Positions 16,457-25,198 of a stretch of 64,000 nucleotides of DNA are shown in pieces. The notes under the pieces were generated by a model. That model did no database searches, had not been told where the DNA came from, and saw only the letters and a list, made by a program, of their open reading frames with translations. The stretch comes from Eubacteriales bacterium (GTDB lineage Bacteria; Bacillota; Clostridia; Oscillospirales; CAG-272). Made by a program: the position numbers and the translations under genes. Position 1 is the first letter of the stretch, and every line of letters begins with the position of its first letter. The stretch covers positions 11,387 through 75,386 of the forward strand of contig JAZNND010000039.1 of the NCBI GenBank assembly GCA_045580085.1, given 5' to 3'.

Positions 16457-16701
16457 AAATACAGTCTCCCTTTTTTCGTGTTCAATTTTAATGTACCGTT
16501 TCTTTTGAACCGACGATTTAAAACGCCAAAGAGAATAAAAGAGGAAACGATGCGCAAGGTGCCGATGCCGCGGACGAGATCGCGGGTGTTCGTGCTCGGG
16601 AAAAGGCACGCTTTGTGGTTGTAATAAGAGCTTTTTAAGGGTTTAGGTCAAAATTTGATTAATTAGTATTACCCCATACCAAAAACCGTACTGTTGCAAA
16701 A

Positions 16702-16730
16702 ATTATACTATGATGTGCTGAAAAAGTCAA
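16702..16730 (-). promoter_or_regulatory. Sigma-A-type promoter reading toward the beta-propeller gene
   Basis: On the minus strand: TTGACT (16730-16725), 17 nt, TATAAT (16707-16702). This implies a ~240-nt leader. Confidence 0.5.
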
Positions 16731-16843
16731 GTAATATTGGGTTTATTCTAACAGAATAGAATCCCCATTTCCATTGTTTTTTGCTTTTAGTCTCACAACC
16801 ATTTTAATACTGAAAAAAATCAAAAATATTTTGCCAAAACCTA

Positions 16844-16872
16844 TTGACATTACAAAAAAAATGTGCTATAAT
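16844..16872 (+). promoter_or_regulatory. Promoter of tRNA-Lys
   Basis: TTGACA (16844-16849), 17 nt, extended -10 TGcTATAAT (16864-16872). Confidence 0.7.
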
Positions 16873-16903
16873 TCTCTCGTTGCTGAAAAGTTCAAAGCTC
16901 TTT

Positions 16904-16979
16904 GCACCTCTAGCTCAGTTGGTAGAGCAACTGACTCTTAATCAGTGGGTCCGGAGTTCGAGTCTCCGGAGGTGCACCA
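16904..16979 (+). tRNA. tRNA-Lys (anticodon CTT), CCA-encoded
   Basis: 76 nt folded by hand. Acceptor GCACCTC/GAGGTGC, D-stem GCTC/GAGC, anticodon stem ACTGA/TCAGT with loop CTCTTAA, T-stem CGGAG/CTCCG with loop TTCGAGT, discriminator A, then CCA. Confidence 0.95.
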
Positions 16980-16982
16980 AAC

Positions 16983-17014
16983 AAAAAAACCAAGGCGAAA
17001 GCCTTGGTTTTTTT
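16983..17014 (+). terminator. Rho-independent terminator after tRNA-Lys
   Basis: ccaaggc-GAAA-gccttgg followed by TTTTTTT. Confidence 0.8.
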
Positions 17015-17196
17015 GTTTGGTCTATCCCAAGGCAGCCTACTCGAACTCTTCCAAAGCGCGGAGCGATTTGGACGGAGCGTTGCGAGAAGAAGGAAAAGCG
17101 AAGAAGAGAGTAGGCGCAACGCTTGAGTTCAGAGTCTGCGACTTTAGCGGAATTTTCGCTTGCCTTTGGAACAAACTTAGTTTTAGCGTGTTTCTA

Positions 17197-17225
17197 TTGA
17201 CAATCATGCGCCTTTTTGATATAAT
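17197..17225 (+). promoter_or_regulatory. Sigma-A-type promoter
   Basis: TTGACA (17197-17202), 17 nt, TATAAT (17220-17225). Confidence 0.6.
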
Positions 17226-17280
17226 TAACTCGATAAAATTGCCGAAAGATTGGTCGGCGACACGAGAAAGGGAACATATC

Positions 17281-18090
17281 ATGAAAGGTTATTTGAACGA
17301 AAATTCTATGGACACCGTTTGCGCGGCACTTGCCTATGCGATGGGCATTGAGGCACCCGCTTGCGCGGCAAAGCCCAATGAGACGCTGGTCGCTTATGTC
17401 GATGAGGCACTTGGCGGTGAGAAGGCGGACAGAATTGTGATGTACAACCCTGACGCTGTTGCGGAGTGGATTTATGAGAAATATCCGATGCTTTTTACTG
17501 CCGCGGACGAGGTAGCCGAGGTGAAAGTGCCGCTTTGCACGGTGATGCCGTCGGTTACTCCCGTTTGCTTCGGCACGATGTACACGGGCGCACAGCCCTC
17601 CGTGCATGGCATTCAGAAATATGAGAAGCCTGTTATTAAGATTGACACTCTCTTTGATGCGCTTATCCGTGCGGGCAAGAAGCCTGTTATTATCGCACAG
17701 ACGAATTGCAGTCTTTCGAAGATCTACCTTGAGCGCGAAATGGACTATTTCATTTACCCCTCTTGCGAGGAGGTAAACGCCAAGGCGGTTGAGGTATTGC
17801 TTTCGGACAAATACGATTTTGTCGTGATCTACAACGGTAACTACGATTCTACCATGCACAAGACGGGCCCCGAGAGCATCAAGGCACTTTCCGAATTGCG
17901 CATGAACACTTCGAATTACGCGATGATCTATAACATCGTCAAAAATCACTACAAAGAGCACAACACTCTGCTCGGTTTCGCGATGGACCATGGATGCCAT
18001 GAGATCGACGAGGGCGCAGGCTCGCACGGGCTCGACATGGAAGAGGATCTTAACGTCGTTCATCTGTACCGCGCCGTCAAAAGGGCTTAA
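17281..18090 (+). CDS. Alkaline-phosphatase-superfamily protein (nucleotide pyrophosphatase/phosphodiesterase-like)
   Basis: 269 aa from the ATG at 17281, downstream of the promoter. The track ORF from 16945 runs through the tRNA. 'MPSVTPVCFGTMYTGAQPSVHGI' matches the nucleophile-Thr region of NPP-type enzymes, with 'DHGCHE' near the C-terminus. Confidence 0.6.
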   Translation: MKGYLNENSMDTVCAALAYAMGIEAPACAAKPNETLVAYVDEALGGEKADRIVMYNPDAVAEWIYEKYPMLFTAADEVAEVKVPLCTVMPSVTPVCFGTMYTGAQPSVHGIQKYEKPVIKIDTLFDALIRAGKKPVIIAQTNCSLSKIYLEREMDYFIYPSCEEVNAKAVEVLLSDKYDFVVIYNGNYDSTMHKTGPESIKALSELRMNTSNYAMIYNIVKNHYKEHNTLLGFAMDHGCHEIDEGAGSHGLDMEEDLNVVHLYRAVKRA

Positions 18091-18204
18091 TGCGCGCAAC
18101 GGACGTTTTTGGAAAAAGATGTCTGATGGAAAGAGAGGCGCACTTGACAAGCACTGTTTTCTGTGATAGCATAAGGTGTGTTTTTCTGCGAAAGGAGAAT
18201 AGTC

Positions 18205-19350
18205 ATGAAAAAGATCGGAAAAGAAGTGTTGTTTTTAAAAACGGGCGAGTGTAATCCTCGAAACGGTGAAAGTACGCTTGTTCGCTTGAAGGATGGGCGT
18301 ATTATGCACGCCTATACCGAATATTACGGCGACGATTGGGAGGATCACGCTACCGCACGGATCTCTGCCTGCTATTCCGCCGACGAGGGTGAGAGCTGGT
18401 CAGAGCCTTGCGTTATCATCCAAAAGCCCGAAGAGGCACAGAATATCATGTCTCCTTCCTTGCTTCGTCTGCCCGATGGCGGACTTGGCATGATCTATGC
18501 GCGCAAGGACGTGCAGGCGGATATGGGTGTTTCTTGCATGCCTGTTTTTTGCCGTTCGGACGATGAGGGGAAAAGTTGGTCCGAAAGTGTCTTTTGCGGT
18601 ATGCCTCTCGGCTATTATTGCGGCATTAACGACGGCGTGTTGGTCACGCGTGACGGCGTGATCTATATGCCCATGTCTTATCACGGGGAACGTTACGATG
18701 CTCTTGGTAAGATGAATCCCAAGCCCGTGTGCCGGGCGGGGGATATCCGCGTGGCGGTGTCGTGCGACAGCGGACGCACTTGGCATGCGCATCCCCACGT
18801 ATTCACATCCCCCTATACGGACAGCGTGGGTTTGGCAGAGCCGGGGCTTTTTGAACATGAAAACGGAGATCTTTGGATGTATGCCCGCACGGGATACGGG
18901 CATCAGTATCAATCCCTTTCTTTTGATGCGGGCGATACATGGACGCCCGTTGAGGTGAATGTTCGTTTTCCTACGCCCGACGCGCCTATGCGAGTGAAGC
19001 GTGTTGGCAAGTATGTGGCGGCGGTGTATAATCCCATTGCCTATAACTGCTTGCGCACCGACCGTGAGGTGTGGGGCAGCCCTCGCCGCACCCCCATTGT
19101 GGTTTCGCTTTCGGCGGATGACGGCAGAAGTCTTGACGCACGCGGCGTGAATATCGCAAACGGTGCGATGGATGCGATCGTGCAAAACACCTATCTTTTG
19201 GAGGACGACACGAGCGACAGCTATTGCTATCCCGCCATCCTTGAGACGAAGGACGGCTTTCTTGTTTCGTACTATCACAGCGACGGCTCGGAGATTTGCC
19301 TTAACTCCACCAAGGTAGTGAAGGTATACTTTGAAGAAATACAAGCATAA
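18205..19350 (+). CDS. BNR/Asp-box repeat protein, sialidase-fold, cytoplasmic
   Basis: 381 aa with an AAAGGAG SD. Asp-boxes: SADEGESW, SDDEGKSW, SCDSGRTW, SFDAGDTW, SADDGRSL. Confidence 0.7.
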   Translation: MKKIGKEVLFLKTGECNPRNGESTLVRLKDGRIMHAYTEYYGDDWEDHATARISACYSADEGESWSEPCVIIQKPEEAQNIMSPSLLRLPDGGLGMIYARKDVQADMGVSCMPVFCRSDDEGKSWSESVFCGMPLGYYCGINDGVLVTRDGVIYMPMSYHGERYDALGKMNPKPVCRAGDIRVAVSCDSGRTWHAHPHVFTSPYTDSVGLAEPGLFEHENGDLWMYARTGYGHQYQSLSFDAGDTWTPVEVNVRFPTPDAPMRVKRVGKYVAAVYNPIAYNCLRTDREVWGSPRRTPIVVSLSADDGRSLDARGVNIANGAMDAIVQNTYLLEDDTSDSYCYPAILETKDGFLVSYYHSDGSEICLNSTKVVKVYFEEIQA

Positions 19351-19356
19351 AACAGC

Positions 19357-19394
19357 GGAAACTGCTTCGTCACAGGGAAGCAGTTTCCTTTTTT
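19357..19394 (+). terminator. Rho-independent terminator
   Basis: A 12-bp stem ggaaactgcttc/gaagcagtttcc followed by TTTTTT. Confidence 0.8.
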
Positions 19395-19489
19395 GATCAA
19401 ATTGTGTTAAAAATGGTCGTATTTGTCTTGCGCGGTGATGCGATTTATGCTATACTTGAAATAATAAAACATGCGGAAAGGGCGATATC

Positions 19490-20971
19490 ATGATTAAAAT
19501 CGGAGAAAATGTGATTAAACAGCAAAAAAACTTTTGGTGTCAATGCGTTTTTCACCCCACCGATGCGATTGAGGATCCTTGGGGCAGACGGATTTTAGAT
19601 CAAATGGCAGAGGATGGCGCGATCAATACCGTGCGCATGTATTCTATGTTTGAGGACATTGTATATGTCGGCGCCGACGGCAAGCTTTGCTATGATTTTC
19701 GATTGAGCGATCTTCGTCTTGACTATATGATAAAGATGGGATATGACCTTCTTATCGCTTATGCCGGCATTCCCGACTGCATTGCTACGGACACTAAGAA
19801 TGTTAATGTCAGCGCGAAGAGCAAAACGAGATATAAGGGTAAACTTTGGAATACCGCAACCCCCAAGGATTATGCACTCTGGGAGGAGATTTGCTACGAA
19901 TATACCAAGCACAACGTGGAGCGATACGGCATTGAAACGGTTTCTCGTTGGAAATGCCAATGCTTCAACGAGCCCGATCATACCTATTGGCTTTCGGGGC
20001 TCACGGGTGAAAATGCTTGGGAGCTTCGCATGAAAGAATATTGTAAGCTGTACGAGGCATTCCAAAAGGGTATTCGCCGCGTGTCCGAACGCATTCCCGT
20101 TGGCGGTCCCGCATTGGCGGCGAGCCGTCCTTTTCTCGGCGGGCTTCTTGATTACGTGAAGGCGCATGGCTTGAAGATGGATTTCGTATCAACGCACTAC
20201 TACGGTACAACGCCCCGTTGGCTTAAAGAAAAGACAAAACCCATCAAGGTCTCAAGCCTGCTTGAACGCCATGCGGGACATTTGGAAGTGCTTCGCGCTC
20301 ACGGCTTTGAACATTTGCCCGTTCTTATGGATGAGTGGGGGATGGCGTGCGCCGGCTTTGCCAATAAAGAAGACGCCCCCGAGCTGATGGTGCGTGAAGG
20401 TGAGGTTTTCTCGGCGTACTACGTGCGGCTTGTGCGCGCACTGCTGGACTTGGAAGATGCCCCCGAGGCTTTGATGATCTGCCTTTCCGGGCAACATGAG
20501 ATGACCGAGGACTTTACGGGATTCCGCAATTTCTTCACGTTGAATTTTATCCGAAAGCCTATTTATAATGCGCACGTATTGGCATCCAAGCTGAAAGAAG
20601 GGCTTTTGACTGCCGAAAAAGCGGACGACGCTCTTTCGGTTATTCCTACCAAAGACGAAAAGGGCAATTATGCCGTTCTTCTTTCTTATACGAACGATCA
20701 ATGCGAAACATCCCTCCCCGAAAAAGAAGAAGAGGTTGTATTTGCTGAGAATATAGCCGATAAAAAAATCACGGTCTATTGCATCGATGAGGATCATACC
20801 AATCCTTATCGCATGTGGCAACGTGCCGGGGAAGGCGAGATGACGGAAGAACTGCTTCGCGCTTTACAAGAAGAAGGCAAGCTAAAACCGATGAAGGAGC
20901 AAAGCGGTAGCGAACCGTTGCTATTGCGCTTGCGTGCAAATGCTACGTATTTGGTCGTGGCGGAAGCATAA
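19490..20971 (+). CDS. Clan GH-A glycoside hydrolase, GH39-like
   Basis: 493 aa. 'WKCQCFNEPD' is an NEP acid/base motif and 'LMDEWG' is a candidate nucleophile. No signal peptide. Confidence 0.55.
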   Translation: MIKIGENVIKQQKNFWCQCVFHPTDAIEDPWGRRILDQMAEDGAINTVRMYSMFEDIVYVGADGKLCYDFRLSDLRLDYMIKMGYDLLIAYAGIPDCIATDTKNVNVSAKSKTRYKGKLWNTATPKDYALWEEICYEYTKHNVERYGIETVSRWKCQCFNEPDHTYWLSGLTGENAWELRMKEYCKLYEAFQKGIRRVSERIPVGGPALAASRPFLGGLLDYVKAHGLKMDFVSTHYYGTTPRWLKEKTKPIKVSSLLERHAGHLEVLRAHGFEHLPVLMDEWGMACAGFANKEDAPELMVREGEVFSAYYVRLVRALLDLEDAPEALMICLSGQHEMTEDFTGFRNFFTLNFIRKPIYNAHVLASKLKEGLLTAEKADDALSVIPTKDEKGNYAVLLSYTNDQCETSLPEKEEEVVFAENIADKKITVYCIDEDHTNPYRMWQRAGEGEMTEELLRALQEEGKLKPMKEQSGSEPLLLRLRANATYLVVAEA

Positions 20972-21021
20972 CTTCATAAAAGTTTATCTTAAAACGGTGT
21001 GCCTTGAAAGGTGCCATAACA

Positions 21022-21055
21022 AACAGAGCTGTCACTTTTGCGACAGCTCTGTTTT
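21022..21055. terminator. Bidirectional terminator hairpin between convergent genes
   Basis: A 12-bp perfect stem aacagagctgtc/gacagctctgtt. Confidence 0.65.
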
Positions 21056-21077
21056 AAATGTAAAGAATTCTTTGCAA

Positions 21078-22046
21078 TTAAAGGAATAAAGAAAGGATTT
21101 TTCCGTTTTCACACAGCTCTTTGGCGGTGTGTATGAAGTTTTGTGCCGCGCATGAAAGCTCTTTATCGGGCGCGTATAAAAGAGCGAAGGGGGCGCGGGA
21201 GGTAGGTGTTTTTGGCACAAAATAAAGAATGTCATCGGTGGGAGCCTTCATGGCGGCGATGCTGGTTTCCGTGGCAACCGCGGCACCGAGCCCTGCGCAC
21301 ATCATATAATAGTTGGAAGTAAGGCTGGGAACATTGGGGATGGAATGCTCCGAGACGGCGACGGTTGGCAAAAAGCTGGAAGTGAAGGGGGCGCTTGGGG
21401 TGTCACTGCGGTGAGGCAGGAAGGGCGTGCGCGCGAAAAGAGATAATTCTTCCACTTTCTTCTCTTCCGTATAGCGTTTTAGCAGGATTTCCTCGCGCGT
21501 CAAGGCATAGGGCAAAAGCGCGGGCGTGACGAATTTTTTATGCATACCGATGACACGCTGTTCTTCAAACAGCGGGATGGAGGCAAATTTTGTGTCGGCA
21601 AAGTCATATACCGCCACAAGCTCAATGGAGTGCGAGGCGAGCTTTTCAAGCATAGGACCGATGTAGATTGACATGTCAAGCGAAAAACGGGAGCTTGGAT
21701 AACGCTTTAAGTGCTCTCCGCACAAAAAGGGGAGAATACTCTGCGCGATATAGATGGAACCGCCGATTTGAATCTCATTGCCGTTGATCTCATTCAAATG
21801 CTGAATGCGTTTTTGCATAATGCGCCGTGTTTCTTCGATTTCGGTCAGTGTCTCAATGTAAATATTTCCTTCGGGTGTCATCGCAAGGGGCGAGACCGAA
21901 CGGTCGAAAATGTGAAATCCCAACTCTTTTTCGAGCCTCGCCACGGTGGAGGAGAGGGCGGGTTGGGAAATAAACAGCTGTTTTGCCGCTTCGGAAAAGC
22001 TCCTGGTTTTGTAGACTTTATATACATATTTTTCTGCCAGAGTCAT
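21078..22046 (-). CDS. LysR family transcriptional regulator
   Basis: 322 aa. N-terminal 'SFSEAAKQLFISQPALSSTVARLEKELGFHIFDR' is a LysR HTH. Confidence 0.85.
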   Translation of the reverse strand: MTLAEKYVYKVYKTRSFSEAAKQLFISQPALSSTVARLEKELGFHIFDRSVSPLAMTPEGNIYIETLTEIEETRRIMQKRIQHLNEINGNEIQIGGSIYIAQSILPFLCGEHLKRYPSSRFSLDMSIYIGPMLEKLASHSIELVAVYDFADTKFASIPLFEEQRVIGMHKKFVTPALLPYALTREEILLKRYTEEKKVEELSLFARTPFLPHRSDTPSAPFTSSFLPTVAVSEHSIPNVPSLTSNYYMMCAGLGAAVATETSIAAMKAPTDDILYFVPKTPTSRAPFALLYAPDKELSCAAQNFIHTAKELCENGKILSLFL

Positions 22047-22306
22047 GGGAAATCCTCCTTGCGGTTAGTTTATAATAAAAAACATATGATGATATTCCTA
22101 TATTCATCTTTTATTATACTATTTTCTTTTCGCGGAATAAAGAGATAAAAAGTAAATAACATCGCTTGAAAAAACAAAAAAATGAATGCTTTATATCTTA
22201 AAAGTGAATGAAAGTGTTGCAAAGAAAGGCAATTTATGCTACTATATACATAGATGTTAAATTTTAGATAGGCATACCGTGACAGAAAAAAGGAGAACTT
22301 TTTACG

Positions 22307-25102
22307 ATGAAAAAAATCTTTTTTTACCTTCTTGCCGCTTTTTTGATTTTTGCTTTGGTCGGTTGTGACGTTGATTTGAAGGACCCGGAGCAAGAGGATG
22401 GGAGAGAAGCGGACGAAAATGGAGAAAACAATGACGGCGCAGACGCGCGCGTTCCTTTTCAAGCGTTCTACGTGCCGAATTCGCTCAGCAAAACGGAATA
22501 TCATCCGGGTGATCTTTTTGACTGTTCGGGTGCGCAGATCAAGATTCTATATGATAACGACACCGTGGAAACGATCGCTGTAACGCAGGACATGGTTGGC
22601 GAGGTGCGCTTCAATGAGCTTGGTGCTGTTACCGTTTACATACGTTGCTCGATTGGCGGCGTTCCTTTTGAAATTACCGTTAGCGTTAATGTAAGCGATC
22701 CGCTTTTGGCTGCCAAAGAAGCGGCTGTGGCGAAGATTCAGGCAAACGAGCTTGCCGTAGCGAATGCAAGCGACGGGCGCGTGGCGGAAATGCTTGTCGA
22801 TTACGAAGCGAAAATCCGCGCTGCCGACACGAAAGACGCGATCGACGCTTGGGTTTTGGCATTTGAAACAGAGATTGAGGCATATTTTACCGCCAAAGCG
22901 CAAGCGTTTGCGGATATTGCCGCGGTGGACTATTCGGTTCTGACAGAGCAGTTTAAAGAGAGGGCAGCCTCCGCCTTTGCGAAAGCAAACGCAGATGTGG
23001 CGGCGGCGCGCACATCGGATGAAATGGCTCAAATCGTTCTGGCATATCGGGAAGAGATTGCCGCGCTCATAGAAGAGCAGGATTTTTATACATATAAAGA
23101 AGCGGCTGTGGCTAAGATTCAAGCAAACGAGCTTGCCGTAGCGAACGCAAGCGACGGGCGCGTGGCGGAAATGCTTGTCGATTACGAAGCGAAAATCCGC
23201 GCTGCCGACACGAAAGACGCGATCGACGCTTGGGTTTTGGCATTTGAAACGGAGATTGAGGCATATTTTACTGCCAAAGCGCAAGCGTTTGCGGATATTG
23301 CCGCGGTGGACTATTCGGTTTTGACAGAGCAGTTTAAAGAGAGGGCGGACTCCGCCTTTGCGAAAGCAAACGCAGATGTGGCGGCGGCGCGCACATCGGA
23401 TGAAATGGCTCAAATCGTTCTGGCATATCGGGAAGAGATTGCCGCGCTCATAGAAGAGCAGGAGAGTCATATCTCTAGCCTGATCAATGAAAAAATTCGT
23501 CTTTTAATCAAAATAGAGGATTACATCGAGCGTATTACGTTTTTGAAGTCCGAAATTGAGAGCTACATGGATGCGCCTTGTAAAGAAGAGTATATTGCGG
23601 GGTTGGAATCTGCTTTGAAAGATCTTGCATATTGGCAAGATTATGTTCTACTTGCCTTGGATTTAAACGGTATTGAGGATGAGATTGATAAAATCTACCA
23701 AGAAAATGCCCGAACGCCCCTCGATGATCTTTACGATGCCTTGAAGGATGCTCTTTTTGGCGGCGCGGAGGACGGCATCACCGTTCTTCCCGGTGCTTAC
23801 ATCCGAGAAGAAAGCACGGGTGAGCTGATTTGCACCTCTATGACTGCAGAGGATGCCATCTGGGAGCTGCTTTTCTTTGTCGAAGTGGAGTATTCGGAAT
23901 GTGTAGCGATCTTTGGCGAAGCATTTGCCGAACGGCAGTTTACGGCATATTATCCTTTGGGTGCGAAAGAAACGGTTAATTTGAGCAGCTATATTAATGT
24001 GCTTTCCGAAGTCTATAATTCACTGCTCGAGATGCAGCTTGATGCGGTAAATGTTATTCAAGCGATTGATGCGCTCACGCGTGCGCAGAGCACCGATAGA
24101 GATATTGCCTTGACAGACGCTTGGGCGAAACTCAAGGAATGGGGCGAAAAACACCAAATTTTCTCTTTGCAGTTGGATATCACCGATGTCCTTAATAATC
24201 TTGTTTTTGATAAACGCTATGCCGGTATTTTTCGAATCACGGATGCTGATACGTTTTTGGAATATGAGCTTGACGAATACGTCTTTACCAAGGACTATAT
24301 GGTCAAATACTTTGTTCCCAATTATGATATTTTGGTCATGGTTACCCTAGAAGAGGAGATTAAGATAGTAGAACAGCTTGTCAGAGATATTCCGGAGTAC
24401 ATTATTTACGATGTGCGGGAAGATGTGGACTCTCATGCCGCAATTCAAGCTGCCAAATATGCGCGCAATGATTTCATTTGCCGCTATGGCATGAAAATTT
24501 ACGATATGTTTGCTCTTGTGGATGGCACGGATGAACTTCAATACAAGATAAAATGGGCAGAGAAAGAGTATGAGGAACTCACCAATATGGCTAATGAAAT
24601 CAATGAGAGATGGATTCCTTCTTTGCCGGCAGATGTCTCCGAGATTGTGATCGATGATTATGAAGGTCAAAATCCCATTCTCAAGTATGCCTATGATGCA
24701 TATATTGAATTTGCCAAGCGTAACGATGATGCAGACGGTAATCTTTACACCGACGTTATCACCGAGGAAGTACATTTGTTAGAGTGCATCGACAAATACA
24801 TTGAGCTTGTTTATACGGAAGAAAAATGTGTTCTTGCGCCCGCCAAAATCCGTGCACATGCCGATGCGCGTTTGCAATCGATAGAGGCGGATGAAGAGGA
24901 ACTCCGTTTGGCAATTTCGAATCTTGCGGATGAGTTGATCGGCGAATTGAGTGAAGTCACCTACGATTTTGGTGCGTTGCCCAACGAACCTATCAATAAA
25001 TTCAACCGTATCGCCGTTTTGGATGCTAATTTGAGTAAAATCTTGGAAGAATTTTTGTGCGACGCCGCGAGACAGATCAACGAATTGAGTATCCCCGAGT
25101 AA
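22307..25102 (+). CDS. Large lipoprotein with a bacterial Ig-like domain and Ala-rich helical repeats
   Basis: 931 aa. Signal peptide with lipobox 'FALVGC'. 'YHPGDLFDCSGAQIKILYDNDTVETIAV' resembles a Big-type domain. Contains an internal 127-aa duplication. Confidence 0.75.
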   Translation: MKKIFFYLLAAFLIFALVGCDVDLKDPEQEDGREADENGENNDGADARVPFQAFYVPNSLSKTEYHPGDLFDCSGAQIKILYDNDTVETIAVTQDMVGEVRFNELGAVTVYIRCSIGGVPFEITVSVNVSDPLLAAKEAAVAKIQANELAVANASDGRVAEMLVDYEAKIRAADTKDAIDAWVLAFETEIEAYFTAKAQAFADIAAVDYSVLTEQFKERAASAFAKANADVAAARTSDEMAQIVLAYREEIAALIEEQDFYTYKEAAVAKIQANELAVANASDGRVAEMLVDYEAKIRAADTKDAIDAWVLAFETEIEAYFTAKAQAFADIAAVDYSVLTEQFKERADSAFAKANADVAAARTSDEMAQIVLAYREEIAALIEEQESHISSLINEKIRLLIKIEDYIERITFLKSEIESYMDAPCKEEYIAGLESALKDLAYWQDYVLLALDLNGIEDEIDKIYQENARTPLDDLYDALKDALFGGAEDGITVLPGAYIREESTGELICTSMTAEDAIWELLFFVEVEYSECVAIFGEAFAERQFTAYYPLGAKETVNLSSYINVLSEVYNSLLEMQLDAVNVIQAIDALTRAQSTDRDIALTDAWAKLKEWGEKHQIFSLQLDITDVLNNLVFDKRYAGIFRITDADTFLEYELDEYVFTKDYMVKYFVPNYDILVMVTLEEEIKIVEQLVRDIPEYIIYDVREDVDSHAAIQAAKYARNDFICRYGMKIYDMFALVDGTDELQYKIKWAEKEYEELTNMANEINERWIPSLPADVSEIVIDDYEGQNPILKYAYDAYIEFAKRNDDADGNLYTDVITEEVHLLECIDKYIELVYTEEKCVLAPAKIRAHADARLQSIEADEEELRLAISNLADELIGELSEVTYDFGALPNEPINKFNRIAVLDANLSKILEEFLCDAARQINELSIPE
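22715..23461 (+). repeat. Near-perfect tandem duplication (2 x 366 bp, 381-bp period) inside the lipoprotein gene
   Basis: 22715-23080 against 23096-23461. By eye fewer than ten substitutions, in frame, with one amino-acid change (A to D). Confidence 0.9.
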
Positions 25103-25125
25103 ACATTGAGTATTTCTGAGTAAAC

Positions 25126-25154
25126 AAAAAGCCTCTTGACAAAAGAGGCTTTTT
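25126..25154 (+). terminator. Rho-independent terminator of the lipoprotein gene
   Basis: aagcctctt-gacaa-aagaggctt followed by TTTT. Confidence 0.75.
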
Positions 25155-25164
25155 GTGATATACT
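25136..25164 (+). promoter_or_regulatory. Promoter embedded in the terminator hairpin
   Basis: TTGACA (25136-25141, in the hairpin loop), 17 nt, TGaTATACT (25156-25164). Confidence 0.5.
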
Positions 25165-25198
25165 GCGAACCCATAAACCATGAAAAAGAGGTGACGGC

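Noticed and set aside
16457-16609. His/Arg-rich N-terminal extension (MPFPEHEHPRSRPRHRH...) of the beta-propeller ORF.
   Set aside because: It has no SD and a non-protein-like composition. The internal ATG at 16456 has a GGGAG SD and begins the homologous region. The stretch is treated as part of the 5' leader instead.
16945-17280. N-terminal 112 codons of the track ORF 16945-18090.
   Set aside because: This stretch runs through the tRNA-Lys gene, its terminator and a TTGACA-17-TATAAT promoter. The protein-like sequence and an SD begin at ATG 17281.
17194-19344. Long minus-strand ORFs 17194-18150 (318 aa) and 18400-19344 (314 aa). Similar cases are 22547-23470, 24779-25564, 26550-27161, 28565-29185, 51556-52569, 56040-57329 and 60885-62306.
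   Set aside because: All are antisense to well-supported genes in the G+C-rich part of the window. They are Arg/Gly/His-rich, lack SD sequences and have no recognisable motifs.
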